64,000 nucleotides of DNA. Source: Octopus bimaculoides. Taxonomy: Eukaryota. The notes below the pieces were generated by a model. It did no database searches. It saw only the letters and a program-made list of their open reading frames with translations, and was not told the DNA's origin. The stretch lies in contig NC_068981.1 in the NCBI RefSeq assembly GCF_001194135.2, forward strand, positions 62,227,843 through 62,291,842. The letters are read 5' to 3'. The position numbers and the translations under genes are program-made. How positions within the stretch are numbered: position 1 is the stretch's first letter; every line of letters begins with the position of its first letter. Below are positions 22,776-36,239 of this stretch, piece after piece.

Positions 22776-24349
22776 CAAGCAATATTGAAGATAACTAAAT
22801 ATTTTAATACGTGAATAATTGTAGGGGTATTTAAAACAACTAATAGTAGCCATTTTATAATTTCGAATATTACAAACGACTTTTGAATATATAATCAGAA
22901 CAAATGTAGCACTGAAATGAGCATTGCAAAAAGACACACAGTTAGCGAATATATAGCAACTTATTTAATTATAGGACGAAATAACAGATTTTTGCTTCTA
23001 GATGTTCTTTCTGAAAACACATATAAAAAAGATTTGAAAATCATGTGATACTTGAAAGATAATGAAATCCTCATTTGTATAAATTATAAGCGTAAATTTC
23101 TATTTAAACAAGTTTATATTTAACAGTTGGTAACACCTCAAATGCATTTTAAGTGTTGTGTTAAATAATGACGAAATTTAAATTTTGCATGTCCTATTCC
23201 AATTCTGATTTTAAACCCTACTTCATATTATGCTGCAAACACTTTCAAAATTTAGAGCGAGAAATGAAAGGTTTTATAAGACTGTACAATGCAAGACCCT
23301 TGTCTGCAAACGCACCTTCATTTTCAAAAGGTAAATTATGGCAAAATTGTTAAAAACCGGTGTACTATACATCTGGCTATATATATTGATGTTAGCTTTG
23401 GCAAAATATGCATCCGAATTTAAAAGTGTATTTAAGTTATGTTGCACAAAATTCAAATTTATAACCAAAGGAAAAGATTTCAAACGTGTAGTTCTTACTG
23501 TTAATTCTTCTCACATTAGTTGTAATAGGTTCTCTTTATATACATATATATATATATANNNNNNNNNNNNNNNNNNNNNNNNNNNNNNNNNNNNNNNNNN
23601 NNNNNNNNNNNNNNNNNNNNNNNNNNNNNNNNNNNNNNNNNNNNNNNNNNNNNNNNNNNNNNNNNNNNNNNNNNNNNNNNNNNNNNNNNNNNNNNNNNNN
23701 NNNNNNNNNNNNNNNNNNNNNNNNNNNNNNNNNNNNNNNNNNNNNNNNNNNNNNNNNNNNNNNNNNNNNNNNNNNNNNNNNNNNNNNNNNNNNNNNNNNN
23801 NNNNNNNNNNNNNNNNNNNNNNNNNNNNNNNNNNNNNNNNNNNNNNNNNNNNNNNNNNNNNNNNNNNNNNNNNNNNNNNNNNNNNNNNNNNNNNNNNNNN
23901 NNNNNNNNNNNNNNNNNNNNNNNNNNNNNNNNNNNNNNNNNNNNNNNNNNNNNNNNNNNNNNNNNNNNNNNNNNNNNNNNNNNNNNNNNNNNNNNNNNNN
24001 NNNNNNNNNNNNNNNNNNNNNNNNNNNNNNNNNNNNNNNNNNNNNNNNNNNNNNNNNNNNNNNNNNNNNNNNNNNNNNNNNNNNNNNNNNNNNNNNNNNN
24101 NNNNNNNNNNNNNNNNNNNNNNNNNNNNNNNNNNNNNNNNNNNNNNNNNNNNNNNNNNNNNNNNNNNNNNNNNNNNNNNNNNNNNNNNNNNNNNNNNNNN
24201 NNNNNNNNNNNNNNNNNNNNNNNNNNNNNNNNNNNNNNNNNNNNNNNNNNNNNTATATATATATATATATCATACAAATGATATATGAGCATATGCATGT
24301 ATACATACATATATGTACATTCCTTCATCTACATGTATATATAGATGCA

Positions 24350-24900
24350 TATCCGGGTACAGGACGTCAAACATGAGGACAAAAAAAGAAACGGGAACAT
24401 AAACAAAGCACAAAAAACGGACTCTTTTTACGGACAAAATAATGAACACATAGGAAAACAGACAAGCCACTTATTGATCTTTTCCTTCATCAGCTGCCTC
24501 TATTCTAACGTAGGCGTTTCGAAGATGAGCATAACGCGCTCTTAGAATAGCTCTTCCCGCGAAGTGGATTAACCTTCTAAGCGGAGGATTCCAAAGTAGC
24601 AAACAAAAAACAAGACAGGAAAAATTAAACAGTGAAAACGACGTTAAGCCGAACGCGACGAGATATTGAACGCTGTGATGTGACGAACTTGAGCGGAGAG
24701 AGATAGTAGTTCGTCTTGCCTTTATGCTGGCCGAAGGGAGAAAGGAAGAGGTCACATGTGATCAAAGTGGAGTGGTAGAGAGGAAAAAGGGAGGAAGTGG
24801 AACAAAGGTGAGCGACGAGAGACAGGGAGGAAGATTAAGAGAGAGATATGTATAGCAGTGAAGTTGAGAAGCAAGGACAACAGAAGGAAGCAGAACGAGA
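24350..24900 (-). repeat. Penelope pLTR-type interspersed repeat
   Basis: The minus strand carries cgaaacg and gctgatgaagg motifs after a pyrimidine-rich segment, resembling PLE termini. No ORF. Confidence 0.4.
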
Positions 24901-24923
24901 GGGGGAGATAGGTAAGATATTGG

Positions 24924-24955
<32 letters not shown>

Positions 24956-25311
24956 NNNNNNNNNNNNNNNNNNNNNNNNNNNNNNNNNNNNNNNNNNNNN
25001 NNNNNNNNNNNNNNNNNNNNNNNNNNNNNNNNNNNNNNNNNNNNNNNNNNNNNNNNNNNNNNNNNNNNNNNNNNNNNNNNNNNNNNNNNNNNNNNNNNNN
25101 NNNNNNNNNNNNNNNNNNNNNNNNNNNNNNNNNNNNNNNNNNNNNNNNNNNNNNNNNNNNNNNNNNNNNNNNNNNNNNNNNNNNNNNNNNNNNNNNNNNN
25201 NNNNNNNNNNNNNNNNNNNNNNNNNNNNNNNNNNNNNNNNNNNNNNNNNNNNNNNNNNNNNNNNNNNNNNNNNNNNNNNNNNNNNNNNNNNNNNNNNNNN
25301 NNNNNNNNNNN

Positions 25312-25366
<55 letters not shown>

Positions 25367-26624
25367 ATATATATATATATTCTGTTTAAATGGATCTCTA
25401 AATACCTTACAATGAGTGGTAGTTGTGATTAGTGGACTACGTTAATTTTTACTACTTCACTTGGTGCAAACTCTTTTGCAGTAACTTGAACTGTAACATA
25501 CAAGCCGAAGTTGAATTCGTCAATGGATCGGGCTATATAGATTTACGTTGGTATAAAGGACAAACACGAAGCATCAATTCATTAAATAATGTATTGAGAC
25601 GGAAAATGTTAAAACGAAAATTAATGCTATGCAGATTAATTATGCTGATTTATTTTATTAATCGAATATTCCTTAGGAAAATGTAACAGTGAATTGTTTT
25701 CTTTTGAAATGTATTATTCTAACATATACCCCTGAACTCATAGCTCATTAATAAACCGATTCTTTTGACAAAGCACAAACAGATCTCTTGGTACTAAACT
25801 TCTTTTCTTTATTTAAGCAAGACTGTAAATGGTGAAAACATCGGAAAATTTGAAATATATGATTTGCAAAGAATAACAAAATCGGATAATTCAAAAGATT
25901 GATTCAAACGTTCGTTTAATTGAATGTTCTTATCTATATTAGAGCCTCAAGTATTTCTTCCAACAAATTGTAACAAACAAATACAATGCAATATAAAAAA
26001 TTCTATCTCAAGGATGATTAAAAGCGGAATGTTTTAAATTACAGCTTTTGAAAAAAACAGACTAGTCTTAAATGAAATTAATTCATCACTAATAGGCAGC
26101 GAAAATGATTTTCTAACATCATTCAGTAGGACTTCGACACAATTATATTCAAAGACGGGAGTTGACAATTCTGTCTATTGTGATTGCTTGCGCCTTTTAG
26201 AAAATGGGTCAAAGTAAATGTAACATTTAAAACATTGGAAGATAAAGGAATACAGAATTCTATAGCTATTTTAAGTATATAATGTAAAGCATCCGCAATA
26301 CAATATTATTAGGTAATTAGGATAATGGGAAAATGCAAGGTGTGTTTTCAAAGTCGGACAAATGTGTGGTAGTGGGGAAGGAGTATTTCTATGTAATTCA
26401 GAATGTCTACATTTGTAATTTGGGATGTGTATGTTTGTACTTTAGTGACATACCGTTGTTTGTGTCCGTTTGGATTGTTGTGGTGTTCTTCGGTCTTTCT
26501 CTTGTAATCCATTCTTCTTCCAAGAAGAATACGAACAACAACAGCAACAGTACCAAAAGCAACAGAATCAGAAACAGCTACTAAAAAGAACAGCAAGAAA
26601 ACACTGAACAACAACAGCAGTAGA

Positions 26625-27545
26625 CGTTCGGGTTAATGGAAGAAGAGAATAGCCTGGCTTGGTATGTCAATGGGAGTAAAAAATAAATGATTGAAGCAGT
26701 TAAAATGCAGGGAACCTTAAAAGTGAACGAAACCGTAGATCCAGCATGATTTAAGAAAGACCAGAGAGAACAGATGAAAAAACATTAGTAGGGCAAGAAA
26801 ATGCACAGTCAGTTCTTGAAGAATAAAGATGAGATTGATTGTAATAGAACCTGGCAATGGTTGCAGAAAGAAGACTTAAAAGGGCCCACTGAGGCATTAG
26901 TGTGCAGCGCTAAAGAACAAGCTACTCCGAATATCACATTCAGAAATGCACTTACTCGCCACAGTGTGGGATGTGCTCTGAGAAGAGAGAAGTATAATCC
27001 ATATTGTTAGTGAATGCTGTAAGCACGCACAACACGAATACAAAATACATTATAATGTGGCTGTTGTGAGGTAAAGCAAAGCTGGACGGAACCGAGCATT
27101 GGTATGAACACAAGCTAGAGGCAGTAATGGAATACGAACATTATAAAATACTCTGGAATGTTAACATACAATGCGATCAAGTCATAGAGGTGAGACGGCC
27201 AGATATCGAGATTATCCATTAAGAAGCAAAGATAATAGATGTTGCAATACCATGTGAATCGAGGGTGAAATGTAAGGAAATAGAAAAGAGTGAGAAATAC
27301 CAGCCACTAGAGGACGAGAGTAATGGTGATACCGGTAGTAACTGGATCATCAGGAGCAGTTTCCCCGGGGTTCTGAAAACCTATTAAGAATATTGGAGCT
27401 ACCGCTAGGCTCGAACTGATCCAGAAGACAGCATTGTTGGGGACTGCTCGCATTCTAAGGAGAGTGTTGTCTATTTGAGTCACATGAGACGGCACCACTT
27501 GAAACCTTTGGTGATTTGTTATAGCCTGCTTTCAAGTAAAAAACA
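26625..27545 (+). mobile_element. 5'-truncated R4/Dong-like LINE, C-terminal CCHC/RLE region
   Basis: EENSLAWYV..KKMHSQF..TWQWLQKEDLKGPTEALVCSAKEQA..YKILWN..IQCDQVIEVRRPDI..IIDVAIP..IQKTALLGTARILRRVLSI*. Confidence 0.88.
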
Positions 27546-27559
27546 ACCGGTAATTAAGG

Positions 27560-28985
27560 ACTATCAGTATGTACCAGCTACTGTACCTCCCCAAAATTAA
27601 ACTTGATACTAAAACAACATCAATAATGAACCTGGCCGTCACTAAACTAATAGCCACAGAAACAAATGTCAATATCACCAAGCTAAATCATTATATATGT
27701 GCAGCAGCCACTGTGACCACAGAAGTTGGATACTCCTTCAAACCCATCGGAACAGGAATACCACCACGCAAACAAACCCTGTGAATAGATAATATCAAGA
27801 AAAAATAGAAACAAGAGAAAAGATCTGTCGATCCTTAACGAAACTATTAGACAATCAACATTACCAAACAGCAAGAAGAGAACAAAAATACTGTGTAAAT
27901 ACAAAATTACAGAAAAAGGTTTACCTGAGTTAAAAGAACAGCTAAAGCAAGATATCCTTGTCAAAGCACAAAGAAACAGCCGGTATGTGAAGCGCCAACG
28001 TTTCTTTGAACAAAAAAAACAGCTCAACTCCAATCCCCAAAGATTCTACCAAGAACTTGGTAAAAATAAAATAGACATCAATGCAGCACCAACAGCAGAA
28101 GTGGAAGAATTTTGGAAAGGAATATGGTCGGCGAAGGAACAACCACACAAAAGATTTATCAAAACAGCGAACTCAGCACCTGAACAACTCTGGAACCCTA
28201 TAACAACGGAAGAGGTCACCCAAGCACTGCAAAATCTAAGCAACTGGAAGACACCCGTGGACGATATGATCCCCAAATTATGGTTAAAATACTGACAGGA
28301 ACACATAAAAAGATGACTGTGAAATTTAATGAAATACTAGCAGAGCCAGAGACAATGGTTGAATGGCTCACGGAAGGGAAGACTAACCTAATTCTCAACA
28401 ACCTGTTGTCAGAAGGGTAGACGTGATGCTGCAAGGGGTTATACGAATGTAAGGATCAACTAATGATCAATAAAGCCATAAGGAAAGACGGCAGCAGAAA
28501 GAAAGGTCTAAAAATGGCCTGGATCGATTACCGAAAGACTTTTGATTGCACTCCCCAAACATGGATCCTAGAAACACTAGCCATGAACAAGGTAGCACCA
28601 ATAGCCATAGAATATACAACATATCCCATGATTAAATGGCACACAGTGCAAGAACTCCAAGTAAATGTGAGACTGATAAAAACCAAAGCCATCGCCATTA
28701 GAAGAGGAATATTCCAGGGCGACACGCTCTCTCCACTACTTTTCTGCTTTGCACTGACACCTTTATCTGACATGCTAAACAGAACTGGATGCAGATACAA
28801 CTGTTACGGCAAAGCAATCAGCGACTTCTTATATATGGATGACCAAAAACTGTATTCTACAAATGATATACTGCTGGAAACATTACTACAGACAGTACAT
28901 GGATTTACCAAAGACATAAATATGGAATTTGGCTTAGAAAAATGTGCCAAAGCAACCTTGAGAAAAGGAAAACTAGTTTCGCCTT
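27560..28985 (+). mobile_element. R4/Dong-like LINE internal fragment with RT core, truncated at both ends
   Basis: KRQRFFEQ..FYQEL..EEFWKGIW; AWIDYRKTFD..RRGIFQGDTLSPLLFCFAL..FLYMDDQKLY..MEFGLEKCA. Confidence 0.92.
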
Positions 28986-29214
28986 TAATTAACATAAACT
29001 TGTTAATTTTAAAATAAAAGGATATTTTTCTTAGACTTAAATGATAGCAATATGTATGAGGAATTCAGAGTCGTTAGTCGCATTGAACAAGAATCAGTAG
29101 AAGAAAAGTTATAGGGTGAAATACCACGAAATTTCGTGTAAGATAGTTAGGGAGGTACGCTTCAGTTATAAGAATTAAACAATATATTGCTAAAATGAAT
29201 GTTTAGATCTTAAA

Positions 29215-29330
29215 GCGGCGAGCTAGCAGAAACGTTAGAGCGCCAGGTGAAATACTTATCGGTATTCCGCCTGTGTTTGTGATTTGAGTTCAAATTTTGC
29301 TGATGTCGACTTTGCTTTTTATTCATTTCG
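29215..29330 (+). mobile_element. Truncated tRNA-derived SINE head
   Basis: gcggcgagctagcagaaacgttag (A-box-like) and gagttcaaatt (B-box-like), followed by gtcgactttgc. Family of 15572-15765. Confidence 0.7.
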
Positions 29331-29770
29331 AATCTATTCAATTTGACAGATTATTTAATTGATTATTTTTAACTAAACACTTTGAAACTTCCGATACTGG
29401 TACAGTGTGTCACATACAACATTGTTTACTGCCAACTTTTTTGACAAAATTTTGTATTTTAGAAGTTATTTCGTTACAAATTACAGAGTGACAATTGACA
29501 AATTTTTGTTCGATATGTGCCAATACACGAAACTCTCAGATTTTGACTCACTCTCTAACTTCTGCCGATGATATATATGCATATATGTGTAAAGAAAAGC
29601 TCATCATGCAATCAAATCAATGAAAGAGCCACTACCTGGTCGTTCGACACGCTAAATATAGCAGCCAATGTATTCCCCTAATCAATAATTTACAAGGTAA
29701 AATTCTAAATTATTTATTGACACATTATTAATTATCTTATAACAGAAATGCCTGGAAAAATCATGGATTA

Positions 29771-30279
29771 CGTGGAAAAATGCGAGCATGAAAAGTAATA
29801 TTCTTAAGATTATAAACCTGGAAAAGTACAGGACAAGTTATTACACCTGGAAAAGTATAGGACAAGCTATTCAAGTAAAGTAAAAAATAAGAAACTTTTT
29901 TCTTAAAATATTGCAGCTATAATTAAAATTTGAATATTAAAACTTATTTTATTATAGTTAACAAATAACACTATACTTACTTATGTAGAATTTGGCTAAT
30001 TTACTATCTTAAATACAGAAAAAACGTGACTAATTAGACAAACTTACAAATTAGCTGTACAGTTTTGTACAATAAATTTACAAGATGAGAACTGTAAAGT
30101 GTGATAAATTAGAAGAACTGGCATTCTTTGCTGCAATATTTTAAGTAAAAATTTCTTATTCTTTACCTTACCTTAAGTAATAGTTTGTCCTATACTTTTA
30201 CAAGTATAATAACTTGTCCTATACTTTTCCAGGTTTATAATCTTAAGAATATTACATTTCATCCTGGCATTTTTCCATG
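29771..30279. mobile_element. MITE with ~150-bp TIRs and TA flanks
   Basis: Arms at 29771-29917 and 30130-30279 are inverted. Each has two cctggaaaagta.aggacaag.tatt subrepeats. TA on both sides. Confidence 0.85.
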
Positions 30280-31313
30280 TAATATATATATATTCATTTA
30301 GACGCAGACATGTACATATGTATAAGTACACACGTATACACACATATACATAGGTTTATTTCAGTCTATTTCACATTCGTACATTCTATTTTATTTTATC
30401 TTAATTTTGCTTTATTTCATATATATTTATTCTATCTTTGCTTATTATTTTTATATTCATTTTATATTTAAACCAATCTATAGACCCAAGGAATAAATTA
30501 GAAATGAACGTATATACCGCTAAAAATATATATCGATGTACCTATCAACATGCATACTTGTTGCGAGTGCGTGCGTACGTGTGTGTGTATGTGTGTGCGT
30601 ATGTATGTATGTATATGTACGTATATGTATGTATATGTGTGTGCGTGTGTGTGTGTTTGTGTGCACTTGCATGCATATACGTGGTTGCATGTACAGATTC
30701 ACATGTATAAACATAGATGTAAGTTTTGTTTCAGTTTTACAAAAATTAACAAAAAATTTATTTTTTATTTTCCTTTGCTCTCACGTTATGCTATTCATTG
30801 TACTAATATACCCATTATTATTAGACCCATTATTCATGTTATTATTACTATTATTGAACTGAAATAAAAAGCATGATGTTACGCCTGTGTACTCACATAT
30901 ACGTACACACGTAGTAAACATATTTATATATTCTGTATATTCCGAAAGTATCATTATGTAATCGTTATTGTCCTCTGAAAATCCTGACGATTTTCCTTAT
31001 AGAATATTTAAAATGCAAGTGTATATTTTTATAAATGGTTTGTAATTTTAATCTAATTTGAGAAAATAAACAAATGTTGGTTAATATGCTGATTAATTAA
31101 TAAATTATTTTCTATTCATTAAACATCTCTGCTTTCTAACTCAATAAAAATACCCGATGTCTTACGATGTTCTATATAATATATTCATTGAATTATTTTC
31201 TCTTCATAAATCAATATATTAAACCAGTATATCTTGGAAAATATCTCTATAAGAGCTTTGAGGAAGAGATGTATAATATTCAGGATGCAGTGAATAAACT
31301 CTCGTCAATATAT

Positions 31314-31344
<31 letters not shown>

Positions 31345-31829
31345 NNNNNNNNNNNNNNNNNNNNNNNNNNNNNNNNNNNNNNNNNNNNNNNNNNNNNNNN
31401 NNNNNNNNNNNNNNNNNNNNNNNNNNNNNNNNNNNNNNNNNNNNNNNNNNNNNNNNNNNNNNNNNNNNNNNNNNNNNNNNNNNNNNNNNNNNNNNNNNNN
31501 NNNNNNNNNNNNNNNNNNNNNNNNNNNNNNNNNNNNNNNNNNNNNNNNNNNNNNNNNNNNNNNNNNNNNNNNNNNNNNNNNNNNNNNNNNNNNNNNNNNN
31601 NNNNNNNNNNNNNNNNNNNNNNNNNNNNNNNNNNNNNNNNNNNNNNNNNNNNNNNNNNNNNNNNNNNNNNNNNNNNNNNNNNNNNNNNNNNNNNNNNNNN
31701 NNNNNNNNNNNNNNNNNNNNNNNNNNNNNNNNNNNNNNNNNNNNNNNNNNNNNNNNNNNTACCTACATCAACTTAGTATAAAAGCCGGTAGAAATTTCAC
31801 CTTATCCTTATTCTTAGTGCAAGTTTTGA

Positions 31830-32035
31830 AGAGTGCAGTTTGATTTTAACAGTTATTTTTTTCAAATCTATAACGGAAGTGATAAAGGAGCTTATTCGGA
31901 ATATTTTGCTTTATGAGCTCAATAAAAGCAACAACGCAACTGAATGGGTGAGGATTATTATTGTAGTATAGGGGGATCAGACAATAAGCGTAAGCCAATG
32001 TCAACGGTGGTTCAGTTGGCTTCAACCACGGCCTC
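31830..32035 (+). mobile_element. Mariner transposase N-terminal (HTH) fragment
   Basis: LIRNILLYELNKSNNATE..GDQTISVSQCQRWF resembles the mariner RxxLLYEF..A..CQRWF motif. Confidence 0.55.
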
Positions 32036-32099
32036 CAGATAGTTTTGGAATGTCCTGCAACTTAATTAGTTAGAAACATTATAGTTAACCAAAAGTTTA

Positions 32100-33070
32100 A
32101 TTATAAATCTTCGTCTCCCTGAACGCATGGAATATTTTATTCTAGATCTTCCATATTATTCAGAAGTATCTAAAAACATGAGCTACTGAATAGATGCAAT
32201 AGAGAACACTGAATTTGCTGTACCAATTGCAACAAAGAGCTAAATAACAAGAAATTTCATGAAATTTCGACATTCTAGAAATGTACAACTGAAAAATAAT
32301 GCAGTTACTAACAAAGAAATCTACACGTGTATGATGAAAATATAACAGACAACAGAGTAATTACGTTGAGTAAAATTAAACAAAAAAAATTAATGAATTG
32401 CCATTCTGAAGAAATTAGTTTTATGTTTGTATGTTTCCCAAGGTATTTACTATTACTGTTCACTATAGTGTCTTAAATTGTTCTTTACTTAAGATATTCA
32501 TATTTCATTGGAAAAACTAGAAAATAATTGGGATCTTATACTGGGGAATTAAGGATACGATAAAAGATTTTCAGTAAAATAATATTTTATAGTTCTAAAC
32601 TACAATGATAGCTTAATCAATAATTAATTCCAAGTGATTTGCTATCAAAGAAATATATGGAACGAAGTGAAGTGTGATTTTATTTGAAACCTCTTATAAG
32701 CTTTAGCATGCAATTCGGTCTTCATAAATTAAAGAGTAAAATCTGTTAATACTATAATCATCAATCTTGTAGTAACATACCAGCGATCACCTGAAGCGAT
32801 TTTAGTACATTGATCAAAAGTGTCCAAAAAGTTCTAATAAAATTTTATCATATTATTTCCAAAAGGATTTTAAGATTAATGAACATGTCATAACCAGTTA
32901 TTAATGAAGGAAGTACGTCCTTAATTTTGAACGAAGTATATCTGCGTAAATCATTTGAAGGAGAAGGCATACTTAGTATTTCTAATATTGACAGTGGAAA
33001 ATGCATTTTAAATATGGCCCATTATCATCTAATGAATTATTTCTGTGAGATAAAAGAAGAAACTCAGCAC
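32100..33070 (+). mobile_element. Highly decayed L1/Tx1-like LINE RT C-terminal region
   Basis: KIIGILYWG; RVKSVNTIIINLVVTY (~GRVxxxNTL..WY); VYLRKSFEGEGILSISNI..KC (~LYLPxxEGGLGxxNI). Many stops. Confidence 0.4.
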
Positions 33071-33262
33071 TAGTGCTGCTTGGAATTGGGAAGTTAGGCA
33101 AAGATCATACGGTATTAGGCCCAACACTGTATCATGTATCTTACACGAATTTCAATAGTTTCAATATTATAATCTTGTAATAATTCACTTATGCATTTAA
33201 GCACACAGTAATTTCTTTAATACTGCTTGGCGGAATACTGGCGCTCATGTTACTATTCTTTA

Positions 33263-33308
<46 letters not shown>

Positions 33309-33817
33309 TGTATATATAGTTGTACGGATAATACATATATAACTGAGATTTAGTTGAATTAGGTACTTAAGTTGAAGCACCAAATCAGTGTGGTGTTATC
33401 CGTACAACTCCAAATAAGGTGAATAAAATCAAAATAAGCAACAGAATATCAAGAGGTGATGCAGTACAACCGTTTCAAGCGGCTCCATTTAATTGAGCAA
33501 TGCAATGGTTGCATCAATTTAAATGCAGGGCTATCCTCAGCTGCATCAATAGAATTTTTAAACAGTTGGACATATAAATATAACGTTACTCAAATTTTCT
33601 AATAGAGCAATACGAGGGAAAGAGTCTATGTTACTACTAATGTAGCTAAGAATATACTACACTTCTAAGAACTGTATGGAAGTTGTTAGGTTCATAGTTT
33701 GCAAAGGATTGTGGTTCATTTTTAATTTATTAGTGTTTTTTTTATAAACAACCAAATCTAAAGCTAGAGGACAGTGTTTGTTTAAGATTAAGGGGGTGTG
33801 TTTACAGTTTATAGTTG

Positions 33818-33860
<43 letters not shown>

Positions 33861-36239
33861 CCACTCGAAGACAAGCTAAATATCATATATTCATCGTGCG
33901 ACCGGGATACTATAGAAAACTGCCAATGTTTAGGCAGTAAGGGGTTATTCGTTTTAAGGTATTCATGAGTGCGCATTTCTTATACTTATGTTATCCATAA
34001 TATGACATACTTTTTTGACTTGCATATAAACTTTAAGGCTATTGTTTTTTTTTAATTGATTCTAAAGAGGATTGCCTCCGCAAAATCTGCTTCAGTGTCT
34101 CCGCTAAATCCTGCAACATATATTCACATTTCCCAACATCATGTGAGAAACATAATGAAGGGCTAATATTTCAAATGACAAAAATAAAGGTCATCTATGA
34201 TGTATTATGCAAAGAACATCAAGTGGGTCCGTGCAGCTAGTATATTAATGGTTATATGTATCTAAACGCTCTACATATATACCGTTACATGATAAATCAC
34301 TCCCGGAATACATGACTTCTGAACTTAATTCAAAATAGATTGGCAACCAGTTCTGGAGAACCATCTTTATATATTCCTAGAATAGGTTACGCCACCCATT
34401 CCTTAACTTTAAAAAAAATCTCACGATTAACTTAACAGATTTATACTTTTCGAAGCATATAAGAAAATGCGATAACAAATCAAAACGCACACATACATTG
34501 AGAGGAATAATGTATATGTGCATGCGATTTATATATTTGATAACTTTTAGTTGACAGGCTTAGTTTGCTTTATGTGCCATAGATTTTAAGTTCAATAGAG
34601 TTTTAGGTATCAATGACCGTTTTCATTATCTTTTCAATTTTCCGGGTTTTATTTGTATTTTGTTTTATCGGATTTCCTTGTTTGCTACCTGCAACCATCT
34701 GACGATTTATGTTGCAAGTTTCTTGCTTCTATTTGTGCTTTTTTAACTATAAGAACGTGTCTGCTTAAAGGACGCATTGAGTTAATGTTTGGCCTCTGTT
34801 TCTGTTGTGTCGACGCCCCCAAGCGAATAAAGTAGGCTCGACCAATACTTATAAATAGAGATAGCCTGACCGTGGTAGGAGTTGAGTAGTGAACTGCCAA
34901 GGGACTAACTGTTAAGTAGCTGTCCAGTAGCTGGCGCGTAGAGATCATCCGAAGGTGTGAGATAGCAATAGCTTGAGACATAACAGTTTCGTGTCTCCTA
35001 CACCCAAGAATCGTGTGTTTTGACGTTGCAAGATTGAATGGTATTGTGCAAGCGTTGAAACCTAGCAGTGAGGCTCATAGTTTAAATTCTTCTGAAGAAA
35101 ATTTGTTTGTTGTCATTTCGGGGTCAATATACACAACGCCAATCCCATACTGGAGTCGTACTTCTCTTTCCCGGTCTTTTGTTTCAACTCAAAATTTTAC
35201 TGGAAATAACTGCTAAATTAAAACTATTTGGATTGGATATAGATATACTAAAATAATACAAATAGTACTGAAATATAAGCAGTTTCCTGAGTAATAGATC
35301 ATCAATTTTTGACTTGACATCTAATTCCTAATTTGAGTTTTATAAACGTTGTATAAACTTTGGCAAAAAAGAGAATTTAGAACATTTTGCCTACGAGCCA
35401 AAGCAGCATGTACTTCGTTATATCGAAGTGTATGCATACTTCAGATCAATGGAATACTGGGGCTACATTACATCAATATGGTTTGTGTTATGCTTACACA
35501 TAATCATTGTTTATTTAATGCGACTGTCAAATTATCGGCAGCTGAAAGAGGAAGAATTTAGATGATCAATGTGGGTAAGAGAAATTCCGAATCATATTCT
35601 GAAAAGAAAATTATACAGTGATTATATATAACTCCACTAATGTTTTAGCATGTGAATGAGAGGGTTTTGTTAAGCCAGCTACTATATCTCGAGCAATACA
35701 CACAATTCTGAAACAGTGAAGGATATGCACCGAAACGTATTCCAAATTCAGGTTGTTTTCCATGAATAAAGACGACCACACAACGTTTTTTTGAAAAATA
35801 GCAATGCAAGAAATAGTTTAAGGTTTAGATATACAAAGCATCGTTGTTTGCCCAATGTTTCGTTTTGTCTTGCGGATGGGCTGACGAATTACTTTAGTAG
35901 GTTTATTGTCAAAGGGAGGAGATTTTAAGAAATGAAGTGATGATGCATTACGACTCATTTCTGAGAAAGAGTCTCCTCGAGAATCGTTCAGTAGTCACCA
36001 ATAACTTCATACATTCGTCGAATGAGCCATAAACAATTCGCGGCACCACTCCCACCCGACACATACAAATATACGTGTATATATATATATATATACATAT
36101 GAATGTATCTATATACTTTCTGCACTCCAAATCTTGGTAAAATCATTGAATTGGTTGGTTGGCAGAAACATAAAAATGCACTTCTAACTTACTCTAAAAT
36201 GTCTCAAGTAGATTCAGTAAATGGCAAAAATAAAAGGCT

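Noticed and set aside
24480-24560. GAAAC and CTGATGA motifs as a type II hammerhead
   Set aside because: Both core halves are present, but I could not form stems I and II consistently.
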